Positions 29,618 to 39,945 of a DNA stretch of 64,000 nt are shown here, piece by piece; position 1 is the first letter of the stretch; the number at the start of each line of letters is the position of its first letter. The position numbers were made by a program, and so were the translations under genes. The notes beneath the pieces are model-generated. The model did not search any database. It was not told the origin of the DNA and saw only the letters and a program-made list of their open reading frames with translations. The DNA comes from an uncultured Verrucomicrobiae bacterium (GTDB lineage Bacteria; Chlamydiota; Chlamydiia; Chlamydiales; Rhabdochlamydiaceae): contig CAWFUG010000009.1 in NCBI GenBank assembly GCA_963818965.1, positions 384,001 to 448,000 of the forward strand, read 5' to 3'.

Positions 29618-30876
29618 GGAAAAATATCCTGTTCTTCTGCGATCTCTTCGCGGAGGATCGCATCCTCTATAAATGCCTCCTCGAGAATGCCGGGGAAATC
29701 GAGTCCTATTTCCCCGAGCTCAATCGACTCGCGTGCGTAGTCAGAGAGGAGGGGATCTAGGTTTGCAGCGATGATCGATTCGATCCGCTTCCCATCCCCC
29801 CTCTCTTCCCTCTCAAAAATCGGAGTGGCGTAAAGGGGAGAGCCCGCAGTCGTCGTAGGGACCATCAGCCCCCTCCTATCGCTTATGTCGACAATCGCTG
29901 TACAGCTCAGCCCCAAGCGCAACGGATGCTGCTCGATCTCTTGCGGATCGAGGGCGACCCGCACGGGAAGGCGCTGGACGATTTTGATCCAGTTTCCCGA
30001 GAGGTTTTGGGGAGGAAGTAGCGAAAAGATGTTCCCTGCGCCTCCCGGTAGGCCGACGATCGTCCCATGGAAAACCACCTCGGGCCCCCAGAGATCCACC
30101 CGAATCGATACCTTTTGACCGAGGCGCATGTGTTTGAGTTGGGTCTCTTTGTAGTTCGCATTGACCCAGATCTGATCGAGCGGGAGGACGCTCATGAGCG
30201 GTTGTCCTTCGGGAACCCACATGCCGACTTGGATCGTCCTCTGAGCGACGAGCCCTTCGATGGGGGAATAGATCTTGCACCGATAGAGAGAGACCCAAGC
30301 GTTACGCACTGCGTCTGCAGCTGCGATGACGAGAGGATGGCTGCGGATCGATGTGTTTTGAATCGCTGAAAGGCTCTTATAATAAAGCGCTCCTGTCATC
30401 TCGAGGGAGGCATATTGCGCCCGCAGTGCTGCGATCGCGTGTTCATAGTCTTCTAGAGAAACGCCCTGGTCGCGGAAGACCGCTCTGCGGTGGAGATAGT
30501 CTTGTCCATCGCGGATGAGTTGCGCTAATTTGAGATCGATCTCTTTTTGATAGACGAACACCTGGTGAAAGAGCGCACAGACTTGGCGTACGGTTTGTGC
30601 GAGATTTTCTTCCGCGTGTTCAAGGGCGATGCGCGCATCTGTCTCATCGAGACTCACGAGAAGTTGGCCGCGCTTGACCAGAAAAGAGTCATCCGTGTGG
30701 ATCGAGGTCACAAATCCCGGGTGCAAGGGGGTAATCGAGACGAGGTTACCCTGGACGTAGGCATCGTTTGTGAATTTGTGATGGCGCAGGTAGAAGAGCC
30801 AGATGAGGAAAAAGATGAGGAGGAGAAGTGCACAGCTTCCCCAAAAGTAGAGAGCGAATTTGCGGTGTGCCGTCAT
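29614..30876 (-). CDS. emrA: EmrA/HlyD-family membrane fusion protein
   Basis: TNDAYV, WVNANYKETQL, FSLLPPQNLSGNWIKIVQRLPVR. Confidence 0.92.
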   Translation of the reverse strand: MTAHRKFALYFWGSCALLLLIFFLIWLFYLRHHKFTNDAYVQGNLVSITPLHPGFVTSIHTDDSFLVKRGQLLVSLDETDARIALEHAEENLAQTVRQVCALFHQVFVYQKEIDLKLAQLIRDGQDYLHRRAVFRDQGVSLEDYEHAIAALRAQYASLEMTGALYYKSLSAIQNTSIRSHPLVIAAADAVRNAWVSLYRCKIYSPIEGLVAQRTIQVGMWVPEGQPLMSVLPLDQIWVNANYKETQLKHMRLGQKVSIRVDLWGPEVVFHGTIVGLPGGAGNIFSLLPPQNLSGNWIKIVQRLPVRVALDPQEIEQHPLRLGLSCTAIVDISDRRGLMVPTTTAGSPLYATPIFEREERGDGKRIESIIAANLDPLLSDYARESIELGEIGLDFPGILEEAFIEDAILREEIAEEQDIFP

Positions 30877-32288
30877 TGGTAGCCTCCCCCTAGAGCTTTT
30901 GTCAGGTTGATGCTGACGAGATACTGTTGGAAGATCAGCCCTACATCTTCTAATTCTGTCAGGATTTTTTCCTCTAAGAGTTGGTAACTGGTAAGCGCAC
31001 TATCGATCCCCTGTTCTTGTCGTTGGCGTGTAAGCGCATACCGTTCCGTCGCATTCGCGACGATCTCCAGTTGATTTTCCTTCTTGTCGTAGACCGCTTG
31101 AGCGATGGCGAAGAGATCGGTCACCTGTTGAAAACTCTGTAAAATCAGATCGTTATATTGAGAGACGGCTTCCAAAAAGAGAGCCTTTTTTCCAGAGACA
31201 TTGGCTCCGATCGCTCCCGCTGTGTAAAGGGGTAAAGTCAAGCCGGGGATGAGCCCTGCGGTCTTGCTCGCCCAGGAGAAGATCTTCGACCAGGAGGTAC
31301 TCTCAAACCCCGCAAGCGCAGCGAGGTTGATATTTGGCCAAAAGTCAGCTTTTGCAGCTCCCACCTCGTGGGCGAGCGCATCGACCCGGAAGATCTGCGC
31401 TTTCAGATCGGGACGCCTTGCGAGCAGCTCTGTCGAGATGTCGCTTGGGATCGCGAGCTGTTCAGGGAGCGCCTTTAAGGGCTCATCGAGCCTTAACGGC
31501 ACATCGGGTCCGCGGCCTACAAGCGCGTTGACGAGGTGTATTCCGACCGCGATCTCTTGTTCAATGTCGTCCAGCCATTGTACGGCCTCGAACACCTTCT
31601 CCTCAGAGAGCAGGGGAATGAGTTTAGAATAGAGGGAATTGTCTAAGAGTTTGTTCTGCAGATCGAAATACTTTTTTCTCACGACATAGAGTCGTTGGTA
31701 GAGGTTGTACCGGATGAGATTGGTCTTTAAGGCGAAATAGGCTTGAGCAAGGGCTGTTGTGACGATGAGCTCCGCTTGGTTTTTCTCCGCTTCTGCTGAC
31801 TGTTCTCTACTTAGCGCTGCTCTGTAGAGGTTCCGGTACTTTCCCCAAAAGTCGAATTCGTAAGAAAAGGAGAGGGAAAAATCGAGAAGCGTCGCATTGA
31901 TCGGGATCTTAGGATTCAGTGCGCGGTAGAGCCCGTTTTTGCTCAAATACTCCCACTGATCGCTCGCATCGAAGGAAATGAGGGGAAGGAGCTTCGAGCG
32001 CGCGATCTTCGCGTGGCTCTTTGCAAAATCGATCCGCTGCGACGCCCCATCGATCGTCGGGTTCTCCTCGAGAGCCAATCCGATGAGGTCATTGAGCTCC
32101 GTAGAGCCATACTGGACCCACCAGTTTTCTTCTGGCCACGCATCGAGAGTGAAAAAAGAGCTATCGAGCGCTGCTGTGAGGCTCGAATCGAGCGAAGGGG
32201 TGGGGAGAATGCTCTGCATCCTCTCTTGCTCAGAGAGTGAAAACGTGCATCCCGCTAGTAATAAAAAGAAAAAAGATGCCGTTCTCAT
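30873..32288 (-). CDS. Outer membrane efflux lipoprotein (NodT/TolC family)
   Basis: Lipobox LLAGC, YEFDFWGK, ELLARRPDL. Confidence 0.9.
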   Translation of the reverse strand: MRTASFFFLLLAGCTFSLSEQERMQSILPTPSLDSSLTAALDSSFFTLDAWPEENWWVQYGSTELNDLIGLALEENPTIDGASQRIDFAKSHAKIARSKLLPLISFDASDQWEYLSKNGLYRALNPKIPINATLLDFSLSFSYEFDFWGKYRNLYRAALSREQSAEAEKNQAELIVTTALAQAYFALKTNLIRYNLYQRLYVVRKKYFDLQNKLLDNSLYSKLIPLLSEEKVFEAVQWLDDIEQEIAVGIHLVNALVGRGPDVPLRLDEPLKALPEQLAIPSDISTELLARRPDLKAQIFRVDALAHEVGAAKADFWPNINLAALAGFESTSWSKIFSWASKTAGLIPGLTLPLYTAGAIGANVSGKKALFLEAVSQYNDLILQSFQQVTDLFAIAQAVYDKKENQLEIVANATERYALTRQRQEQGIDSALTSYQLLEEKILTELEDVGLIFQQYLVSINLTKALGGGYQ

Positions 32289-32368
32289 GGGCCCCCTCAT
32301 TTCTTTTTAAGAAAATGGCATTAATGAGTCAAGTGTAGAGGGGGTACTTCTTGTCTTAGGTCGGGCTT

Positions 32369-32767
32369 TTATTTTTTCTTTTTAGATTCTCCCTCAGGTT
32401 TTGGCTGATTAGACGGGCAGTTCGGATTAGAACATTTGAAGGCGCCACTGATTCTTTCCCATCCGCAGAGAGGACAAGGAGACGTTATACTTCTTCTGAA
32501 AATTTTTTGAATGTAAACACCCTGTGCATCAGAATATAAGGCGGGAATTTCGACATATTCCTCATTAATATTAAGGAATAATCCGTATTCTGTTACAGCT
32601 AGTTTGTTTGGATGAACGTATATTTTGTCATTGACGCACCCAACAACGCAATCGCAATCGTTTGCAAGAATTTTATTAATTAGGGTATCATGCATTTCAA
32701 GCTCATGAGCGAATCCACTGACACTGCAGAACACCAGAAATAAGACGGAAAAAACACGTGCTAACAT
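32369..32767 (-). CDS. Small exported protein with a C-terminal Cys4 motif
   Basis: Signal-like MLARVFSVLFLVFCSVSGFA; CPLC...CSNPNCP; AGGAG upstream. Confidence 0.65.
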   Translation of the reverse strand: MLARVFSVLFLVFCSVSGFAHELEMHDTLINKILANDCDCVVGCVNDKIYVHPNKLAVTEYGLFLNINEEYVEIPALYSDAQGVYIQKIFRRSITSPCPLCGWERISGAFKCSNPNCPSNQPKPEGESKKKK

Positions 32768-32804
32768 ACTCAATATCTCCTGTAAGGACAAAAAAGTTAG
32801 AGAC

Positions 32805-33650
32805 ATGTTAAAACAAATTCTTATTTTTTCAATTATTTTTTTTCTCTCCACTGCGCATGTAGACGCTGCCTCCTTCGAATTAAGTCAGCAAGAACGAAAA
32901 TGGATGCAGAAATTTTTCCATGATTTGCTTTTTGTAGAAGGGGGCATTTATACTTTGTGGGGATCGAAACCGATTACTGAAATTGTGTTAGTTCATTACA
33001 CAGAGGAAGAAGTAGAAGCAATCCTAAAAGGAGCCCCCGAAGAAGAAACAAGAAACTGTTACGTGAATGACTGTTACGATTTGCCAGAGAACTGGGAAAA
33101 ATGGGAGGGGATCAAAAATCGGTTTCCCATAAAGAAGTACTTGCTCTTCCGCTCCCATTTTGGGGCCGATGAAAAGATCTCTTTCGTGTATTTTGTCGAT
33201 ATCTTAAAAACTGCCACAGTTATTCAATCCAACTATGCGCTTTTTCAAAAAGCCGTTGGGTTTGATTTTCACCCGTTCGAAGCTGTTCTGAGCATGCCGG
33301 ATAATACATCCGTTTTTTGGCAAAAAGTCAGAGAGTCAAAAGAAAGTCCTCTTTTGTGGGGGGTGCTATTTGGTTACGGGGAGATCAATGCCTCTGCCTT
33401 TCATTGGAAATATTTTGACTGCCCGCAATCTTGCAAAAAAAACATCGAGGCGTATTCTTTCCAATTTAGTAATCCTCCACCCAAAGGACAAACGCGCCTT
33501 TCGAGCGACAATTTCATCCTTCCTTCCTTCGCCTCTTTCACCAATGAGGATCAAGTGGTAAAACGCTATGAAAAAGAACGAAAAAAGATCAAGAAAACCT
33601 ACAAAGGAAAGGACCTCCTCCAGCTGACATTGCAAAAATTAACGAGTTAG
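32805..33650 (+). CDS. Exported hypothetical protein
   Basis: Signal-like N-terminus; GGIYTLWGSKP and GVLFGYG..N motifs. Confidence 0.7.
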   Translation: MLKQILIFSIIFFLSTAHVDAASFELSQQERKWMQKFFHDLLFVEGGIYTLWGSKPITEIVLVHYTEEEVEAILKGAPEEETRNCYVNDCYDLPENWEKWEGIKNRFPIKKYLLFRSHFGADEKISFVYFVDILKTATVIQSNYALFQKAVGFDFHPFEAVLSMPDNTSVFWQKVRESKESPLLWGVLFGYGEINASAFHWKYFDCPQSCKKNIEAYSFQFSNPPPKGQTRLSSDNFILPSFASFTNEDQVVKRYEKERKKIKKTYKGKDLLQLTLQKLTS

Positions 33651-33942
33651 AGAGCTGTTGTAAACCGCCCTCAGAATTTTTGGGTTGTGCCGCTTTTGCT
33701 TTCTGCGCATTTTCCCCTCCAAACAGCGTCTCGAAAATATAAAACAACACAGATTTTGGTTTGAAATTACCTTGTGATGCGCCATTTTTCTCCTAGTGAA
33801 ATAGGAAAATGGGCTGTTTTAAACCAAAATGTAGGTTGGTTTTCGGCCTAAGTCGCATTGAAAAAAAGCGCGGGGGTTGTCAGAATGCTTCCCATCAAGC
33901 GATTTTCGTTTGAAACTAAAACTCAGAACAAGAGGTTTTTAA

Positions 33943-34284
33943 ATGGCAACTTCAGCGATTCGAACGGCGACTATTCATGTGGCCCATCCCACCATTCGAG
34001 TGACCTACCCATCCATTATGAAAATGGAAATGAGCTCAGAGCATCCTATGAAAGGGAGGAGTGTACAGGAGATAAAACGAGAGATCTTCCGAACGGTGTG
34101 GGCGCAGCTTGGAGAAATCTATCCGCTGATTACCCAGCACGGAACACCAGAAGATGTCGTCCTAAAGGCGGATGACACTGTCATCCTCACAGATGAAGAT
34201 TTGGAGGAAGGCGCTGAGGCGGGAAGGATTTTTACCGCAGTATTTGGTCGTGGTGGACAAGGACCGTCCGATGCAAAAAATTGA
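33943..34284 (+). CDS. Hypothetical protein
   Basis: 113-aa ORF with GAGG upstream. Confidence 0.5.
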   Translation: MATSAIRTATIHVAHPTIRVTYPSIMKMEMSSEHPMKGRSVQEIKREIFRTVWAQLGEIYPLITQHGTPEDVVLKADDTVILTDEDLEEGAEAGRIFTAVFGRGGQGPSDAKN

Positions 34285-34615
34285 ATTAGGCGGTGTTATT
34301 GTCTATGGGGTGAATCTCAGCGCTTGTACCGGATGTAAGCATTACGCTTCTCCTCTCGACATCGTTGCAATTCAGTTCAAGTGTTGTGGCGCCTATTTTG
34401 CCTGCTACTCTTGCCATCTCGAGATCTGCTCCCATGCGATCGAGCGATGGACGCCCGCTGAGTTTAATCAGCGGGCGATTCTATGCGGCCGGTGTACCCA
34501 TCTGTTGACCATCACAGAGTACCTTGCCAGCGGCTTTCACTGCATCTACTGCCAAGCGCCTTTCAATCCCAAGTGTCAAGGACACTGGGATCTTTATTTT
34601 GAACTAGGAACTTAG
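34271..34615 (+). CDS. CHY zinc-finger protein
   Basis: CKHY..PLDIVAIQFKCC...ACYSCH...CGRC...C..C..PFNP.C..H. Confidence 0.85.
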   Translation: MQKIELGGVIVYGVNLSACTGCKHYASPLDIVAIQFKCCGAYFACYSCHLEICSHAIERWTPAEFNQRAILCGRCTHLLTITEYLASGFHCIYCQAPFNPKCQGHWDLYFELGT

Positions 34616-34721
34616 AGTCGTCTACACTCTCGGCTATTTCACTTTTCGCTTGGATTTGATTCCCTTGATTCCTTTTAAAAAAAACAGTATCAACATATCA
34701 AGCGCACAGGAGGCTAGAGCT

Positions 34722-35489
34722 ATGTCATTAAAGGGAAAGGTCGCCATCGTAACGGGGGGTAACAGCGGAATCGGTAAAGCAATCGTATTGGCGCTTGCTA
34801 AACAAGGGGCTAACATCGTCATCGATTATCTCGTCGGACAAAAAGAGTTAGATGATCTAGAAAAGCAGATTGTAGCCCTCGGGGATCAAGCGATCGGTGT
34901 GCAGGCCGATGTCAGCAAAGTCGCAGAACTCCAGAAAATCATCGATGCGGCAGTCGCTCGCTTTGGAAAAATCGACATCATGGTGAACAACGCGGGGGTC
35001 GAGACGCGGACTTCGATTTTGGATACGACAGAGCAGCAATATGAAAAAGTGCTCAGCATCAACTTGAAGAGCGCCTTTTTTGGCACTCAGCTCGCTGCCA
35101 AGCAGATGATCAAGCAGGGGAATGGGGGGCGGATCATCAATGTCACCTCCGTTCACGAAGACTGGCCGATGCCGGGGAACATCGCTTATTGCCTTTCCAA
35201 AGGGGGGATGCGCATGCTGACCCGTACAGCAGGGGTCGAGCTCGGGCCCCATAACATCTGCGTCGTCGGCATTGGGCCGGGCGCTGTCGCTACGCCGATC
35301 AATCTGACGACGATGCAAAATCCTGCGCTGATGCAAAAACTAGATACGGCGATTCCGTTGGGGCGAATGGCAAAGCCAGAGGAGATCGCCGCAGTCGCTG
35401 CCTTTGTAGCAGGGGAGGGGGGATCTTACATCACGGCGACGACGATCTTTGCCGATGGCGGGATCATGCAACAAGGACCTGGTCTATGA
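34722..35489 (+). CDS. Short-chain dehydrogenase, glucose-1-dehydrogenase-like
   Basis: TGGNSGIG, NNAG, SVHE, YCLSK; AGGAGG upstream. Confidence 0.9.
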   Translation: MSLKGKVAIVTGGNSGIGKAIVLALAKQGANIVIDYLVGQKELDDLEKQIVALGDQAIGVQADVSKVAELQKIIDAAVARFGKIDIMVNNAGVETRTSILDTTEQQYEKVLSINLKSAFFGTQLAAKQMIKQGNGGRIINVTSVHEDWPMPGNIAYCLSKGGMRMLTRTAGVELGPHNICVVGIGPGAVATPINLTTMQNPALMQKLDTAIPLGRMAKPEEIAAVAAFVAGEGGSYITATTIFADGGIMQQGPGL

Positions 35490-38176
35490 CAACACAAGAA
35501 GAAAAGCGACTTCAAGAGGCAAAAGAGGGTACTGCGCCCTGGCGCCTCTTCGGCCCTTATCTCAGCGAACGGCAATGGGGTACGGTGCGCGAAGACTACA
35601 GTGGAAATGGAGATGCGTGGAACTATCTCCCGCACGATCATGCCCGCTCGCGCGCCTACCGCTGGGGAGAAGAGGGGATCGCGGGGATTTCTGACAATCG
35701 ACAACAGCTCTGCTTTGCCCTGTCTCTTTGGAATGGAAAGGATCCCATCCTTAAAGAGCGCCTCTTCGGTTTGACAGGACATGAGGGAAACCATGGAGAA
35801 GATGTCAAGGAGTACTACTTCTATCTCGATAATCTCCCTTCCCACGCCTACATGAAGTACCTCTATAAGTACCCTCAGAGTGCCTATCCTTACGAAGCTC
35901 TTGTCGCAGAAAATCGCAGACGATCCCGCTCAGATCCTGAATACGAGCTGCTCGATACGGGGATCTTTAATGAGGATCGGTATTTCGATGTCTTTGTTCA
36001 CTACGCTAAGGCTTCTCCAGAGGACATGTTGATCGAGATTGAAGTGGTGAACCGAGGCCCAGAGCTCGCAGAGCTCCATCTCTTGCCGACGCTCTGGTTC
36101 CGTAATATGTGGAGCTGGGATGGAGAGGAAGCAAAACCCAAACTCACTCTCGAAGCCAATCAAGTGGTGCATGCGCATCACCCATCGCTCGGTGACTACT
36201 GGCTCTATTGCGAATCGCCCGAAAAGTTTTTCTTCACAGAGAATGAGACCAATTGCGAGAGGCTCTTCGGCACAAAAAATACATCCGCTTATGTCAAAGA
36301 TGGGATCGATACTTATGTCGTCCATGGCAAACCGGAAGCCATTAATCCCAAAAACGTCGGGACTAAAGTCGCAGCTTCCTACGTTCTTAAAATCGCTCCG
36401 GGAGAGACGGCGACGGTACGGCTGCGTCTCTGCAATACGGGGACGTTAAAAGACCCCTTCGGCAGGGAATTTACCGCTACGTTTCAAACCCGTCTTGCAG
36501 AAGCGGATGCCTTCTATCAGCGGATCTGCCCCTTTCCCCTCTCCGATGACATGCGCAATGTCCAGAGGCAGGCATTTGCGGGATTGCTCTGGAATAAACA
36601 GCTCTACCACTACAACGTCGAAACTTGGCTCAAGGGAGACCCAGGGGAGCCTGAGCCTCCGGAAACGCGAAAAGAGGGGCGCAACGCGAAGTGGTGGAAC
36701 CTCGATGCTTATGACATCTTCTCCATGCCAGATAAGTGGGAGTACCCTTGGTTTGCCTCCTGGGATTTAGGGTTCCATACGATTTCACTTGCCCTCTTAG
36801 ATCCTGAATTTGCAAAGAACCAATTGCTGCTTCTCGTGCGCGAGTGGTACATGCATCCCGATGGGCAGATTCCGGCTTATGAATGGTCGTTTGAAGATGT
36901 CAACCCTCCTGTCCACGCATGGGCAGCACTGCGCGTCTACCAAATCGAAGCCAATCGCTATGGGCGCAAAGATATCGATTTTCTCAAGAAAATCTTCCAC
37001 AAACTCTCTTTGAACTTCACCTGGTGGGTGAACCGAAAGGACAAGGATGGACGCAATATCTTCGACGGGGGATTTTTAGGACTCGATAACATCGGTGTCT
37101 TCGATCGCTCCAAAGAAGTGCCGATGGGAGGGGTTTTAGAACAGTGCGATGGGACGAGTTGGATGGGAATGTACTGCCTTAACCTCTTGCAGATCGCCCT
37201 TGAAATCGCACAGGAAGACTCTTCCTACGAAGACATGGCGGTCAAATTTTTCGAGCATTTCATCTACATCGCCGATGCGATCAATAACCTCGGTGGACAG
37301 ACGGATGGACTGTGGGATGAGGAGAGGGGCTTTTACTATGGAGTGCTGAACCTACCCGATGGAAGGCGGATCCAGCTGGACTGCGAGACGATCATCGGAG
37401 CGATTCCGCTCTTTGCTGTCGTCGTCAACGATCCTAGGAATTCAACCGGTTTTTCTGAATACAGGGAGCGATTTTTGTGGCTCGTCAAAAATCGCCCTGA
37501 GCTCGTGAAGCATATCGTTGCGACAGAAAAATGGACGGAAGAGGGGAAACTACTCATCGCCCTCGCGAGTCCTGAAAAGATGCGACGCATCTTGTCCAAG
37601 ATATTAGACGAACAGGTTTTCTTAAGTCCCTTTGGCCTCAGATCTGTCTCACGCCAGTTAAAAGACAACCCCTTCACTCTCCACTTAGGAGATGAGACCT
37701 ACAGCCTCAATTACGAACCGGCTGAAGCGACAGTGCCTCTCTATGGCGGGAATTCCAACTGGAGAGGGCCGATCTGGTTTCCGTTGAATTACCTCTTCAT
37801 CGAATCGCTGCAAAAATACCACTACTACCTCGGAGACAGCTTTCAAGTGGAGTGTCCGACAGGCTCTGGAAACCAAATGAGTTTATGGGACGTCACCTCT
37901 GAGCTCTCCTATCGACTGATGAAGATCTTCCTAAAGGATGAACAGGGAAGACGTCCTCTCTATGGCAATATCGAGAAATTTCAGACCGACCCTCACTGGC
38001 GCGACTACATCCTCTTTCACGAGTATTTTAACGGAGATACGGGAATGGGACTCGGCGCAAGCGCTCAGACAGGGTGGACGGGCCTCGTCGCTAAGCTCAT
38101 CCTCCAACACGGCGAATACGTCATGCAGCACAAATCTCCAATCCCTTACGAAAAAAAACGGGCAGGTAATGCGTGA
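35486..38176 (+). CDS. GH63/MGH1-like glycoside hydrolase
   Basis: GPYLSERQWGTVREDYS, SMPDKWEYPWFA.WD, NSNWRGPIW, FHEYF.GD.G.GLGA. Confidence 0.9.
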   Translation: MTTQEEKRLQEAKEGTAPWRLFGPYLSERQWGTVREDYSGNGDAWNYLPHDHARSRAYRWGEEGIAGISDNRQQLCFALSLWNGKDPILKERLFGLTGHEGNHGEDVKEYYFYLDNLPSHAYMKYLYKYPQSAYPYEALVAENRRRSRSDPEYELLDTGIFNEDRYFDVFVHYAKASPEDMLIEIEVVNRGPELAELHLLPTLWFRNMWSWDGEEAKPKLTLEANQVVHAHHPSLGDYWLYCESPEKFFFTENETNCERLFGTKNTSAYVKDGIDTYVVHGKPEAINPKNVGTKVAASYVLKIAPGETATVRLRLCNTGTLKDPFGREFTATFQTRLAEADAFYQRICPFPLSDDMRNVQRQAFAGLLWNKQLYHYNVETWLKGDPGEPEPPETRKEGRNAKWWNLDAYDIFSMPDKWEYPWFASWDLGFHTISLALLDPEFAKNQLLLLVREWYMHPDGQIPAYEWSFEDVNPPVHAWAALRVYQIEANRYGRKDIDFLKKIFHKLSLNFTWWVNRKDKDGRNIFDGGFLGLDNIGVFDRSKEVPMGGVLEQCDGTSWMGMYCLNLLQIALEIAQEDSSYEDMAVKFFEHFIYIADAINNLGGQTDGLWDEERGFYYGVLNLPDGRRIQLDCETIIGAIPLFAVVVNDPRNSTGFSEYRERFLWLVKNRPELVKHIVATEKWTEEGKLLIALASPEKMRRILSKILDEQVFLSPFGLRSVSRQLKDNPFTLHLGDETYSLNYEPAEATVPLYGGNSNWRGPIWFPLNYLFIESLQKYHYYLGDSFQVECPTGSGNQMSLWDVTSELSYRLMKIFLKDEQGRRPLYGNIEKFQTDPHWRDYILFHEYFNGDTGMGLGASAQTGWTGLVAKLILQHGEYVMQHKSPIPYEKKRAGNA

Positions 38177-39726
38177 ATACAGAATACGACTTCATCATCA
38201 TCGGTAGCGGAGCGGGAGGAGGCACCCTCGCGCAACACCTCGCCCCTTCTGGAAAGCGGATTCTTATCCTAGAGCGGGGCGATTGGTTGCCACGCGAGGT
38301 GCAGAATTGGGATGCGCGCGCCGTTTTTATGGAAAATCGATACGTCTCCAAGGAGACCTGGTACGACGATAAGGGCAAACCCTTCCAACCTCAAGTCCAC
38401 TACTACGTCGGTGGTGCTACGAAAATGTACGGCGCAGCGCTCTATCGCCTGCGCAAAGAGGACTTCCAAGCCTTAAAACACCACGACGGGATCTCTCCTG
38501 CCTGGCCGATTAGCTATGAGGAATTGGAACCTTACTACACAAAAGCAGAGCAGCTCTATCAGGTACACGGAGAGAGGGGAATCGATCCGACAGAACCTCC
38601 GTCCAGCGCTCCTTACCCTTACCCACACGTATCGCATGAGCCGCGTATCCAAAAACTCTACGACAATCTGAAAAAAGCGGGTTATCATCCCTTTCCCGCT
38701 CCCTGTGCCATCATGCTCAATGAACAAAATAGGGCATTTAGCCGCTGCATTCGCTGTAACACGTGCGACGGCTTTCCGTGTCTCGTTCAAGCCAAAGCCG
38801 ATGCAGAGATGGTAGGCATTCGGCCTGCACTCTCTTTTCCCAACGTCACCCTTCTCACTCATGCCTGCGCTGTCAAACTCAACACCGATCCTTCAGGGCG
38901 CGTAGTGACCGAAGTCGTGGCAGATGTCGACGGTAAAAGAGAGAATTTCCGCGGCAAAATCGTCATCGTCTCCTGTGGGGCAGCGAACTCTGCGCAGCTG
39001 CTCCTCCGCTCTGCAAGCGACAAACATCCCAAAGGACTTGCCAACGGCTCCGATCAAGTCGGCCGCAATTACATGTTCCACAATAGCCAAGCCGTGCTGG
39101 CTCTCTCACTCGAACCTAATCCCACTCAATTCCAAAAGACCCTTTCCCTCAATGATTTTTACCTCGGCTCAGATGACTTTCCCTTCCCCATGGGCAATAT
39201 CCAAATGGTGGGAAAGTCCCTTGGACCCATGTATAAGGGAGAAAAGCCGCTCGAGACCCTGCTGGCACCGATGATGGCCCTCGATGAGATTGCCAAGCAC
39301 GCCGTCGACTTTTGGCTCTCTACAGAAGATCTCCCCGATCCCAATAACCGAGTCACTCTCGATGCAGAAGGGAAACTCACCCTCCACTACACCCCCAATA
39401 ATCAGGTTCCTAAGCAAAAACTCTACGAAAAACTCAAATCGATGCTCGGCCACCTCGAGATGAATCCCTACCACTTGATCCCGCGGCACGCTTACCTCAA
39501 GAGTGAAATCCCCTTGGCGGGAGTCGCCCACCAGGCAGGCACCTGCCGCTTTGGAAAGGACTCCACCACTTCCGTCCTCGATACGCACTGCAAGGCCCAC
39601 GAGCTCGATAACCTCTATGTCGTCGACACGAGTTTCTTCCCGAGCATCGGAGCGGTCAATCCCTCGCTCACTGCCATGGCAAACGCTTTGCGCGTGGGAG
39701 ACCATTTGTTAGGCGTTATTGCCTAA
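38173..39726 (+). CDS. GMC-family FAD oxidoreductase
   Basis: IIGSGAGGG, HQAGTCRFG, NLYVVD.SFFPS..AVNP. Confidence 0.92.
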   Translation: MNTEYDFIIIGSGAGGGTLAQHLAPSGKRILILERGDWLPREVQNWDARAVFMENRYVSKETWYDDKGKPFQPQVHYYVGGATKMYGAALYRLRKEDFQALKHHDGISPAWPISYEELEPYYTKAEQLYQVHGERGIDPTEPPSSAPYPYPHVSHEPRIQKLYDNLKKAGYHPFPAPCAIMLNEQNRAFSRCIRCNTCDGFPCLVQAKADAEMVGIRPALSFPNVTLLTHACAVKLNTDPSGRVVTEVVADVDGKRENFRGKIVIVSCGAANSAQLLLRSASDKHPKGLANGSDQVGRNYMFHNSQAVLALSLEPNPTQFQKTLSLNDFYLGSDDFPFPMGNIQMVGKSLGPMYKGEKPLETLLAPMMALDEIAKHAVDFWLSTEDLPDPNNRVTLDAEGKLTLHYTPNNQVPKQKLYEKLKSMLGHLEMNPYHLIPRHAYLKSEIPLAGVAHQAGTCRFGKDSTTSVLDTHCKAHELDNLYVVDTSFFPSIGAVNPSLTAMANALRVGDHLLGVIA

Positions 39727-39885
39727 ATAGCTGAATCTCACCACAGAGAGGAAAAACCACAGAATCTCACCACAGAGAGGAAATTTTTTAATATCAATTT
39801 TCTCTCTGTGGTTTTCCCTCTCTGTGGTGAAATTCAGCTATTTATGCAACAAATCCATGCCCAATTGTCAACTCCACTTGGGTAT
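39725..39885. repeat. Type A ACCACAGAG palindrome followed by an ACTTGGGTATA end
   Basis: AAATAGCTGAAT.TCACCACAGAG...CTCTGTGGTGAAATTCAGCTATTT. Confidence 0.85.
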
Positions 39886-39945
39886 AGACAAGTTACCTCT
39901 AGTGTCTTATGCTCTTTTTCGTAAAACAAACGGCAAGGGATATAA

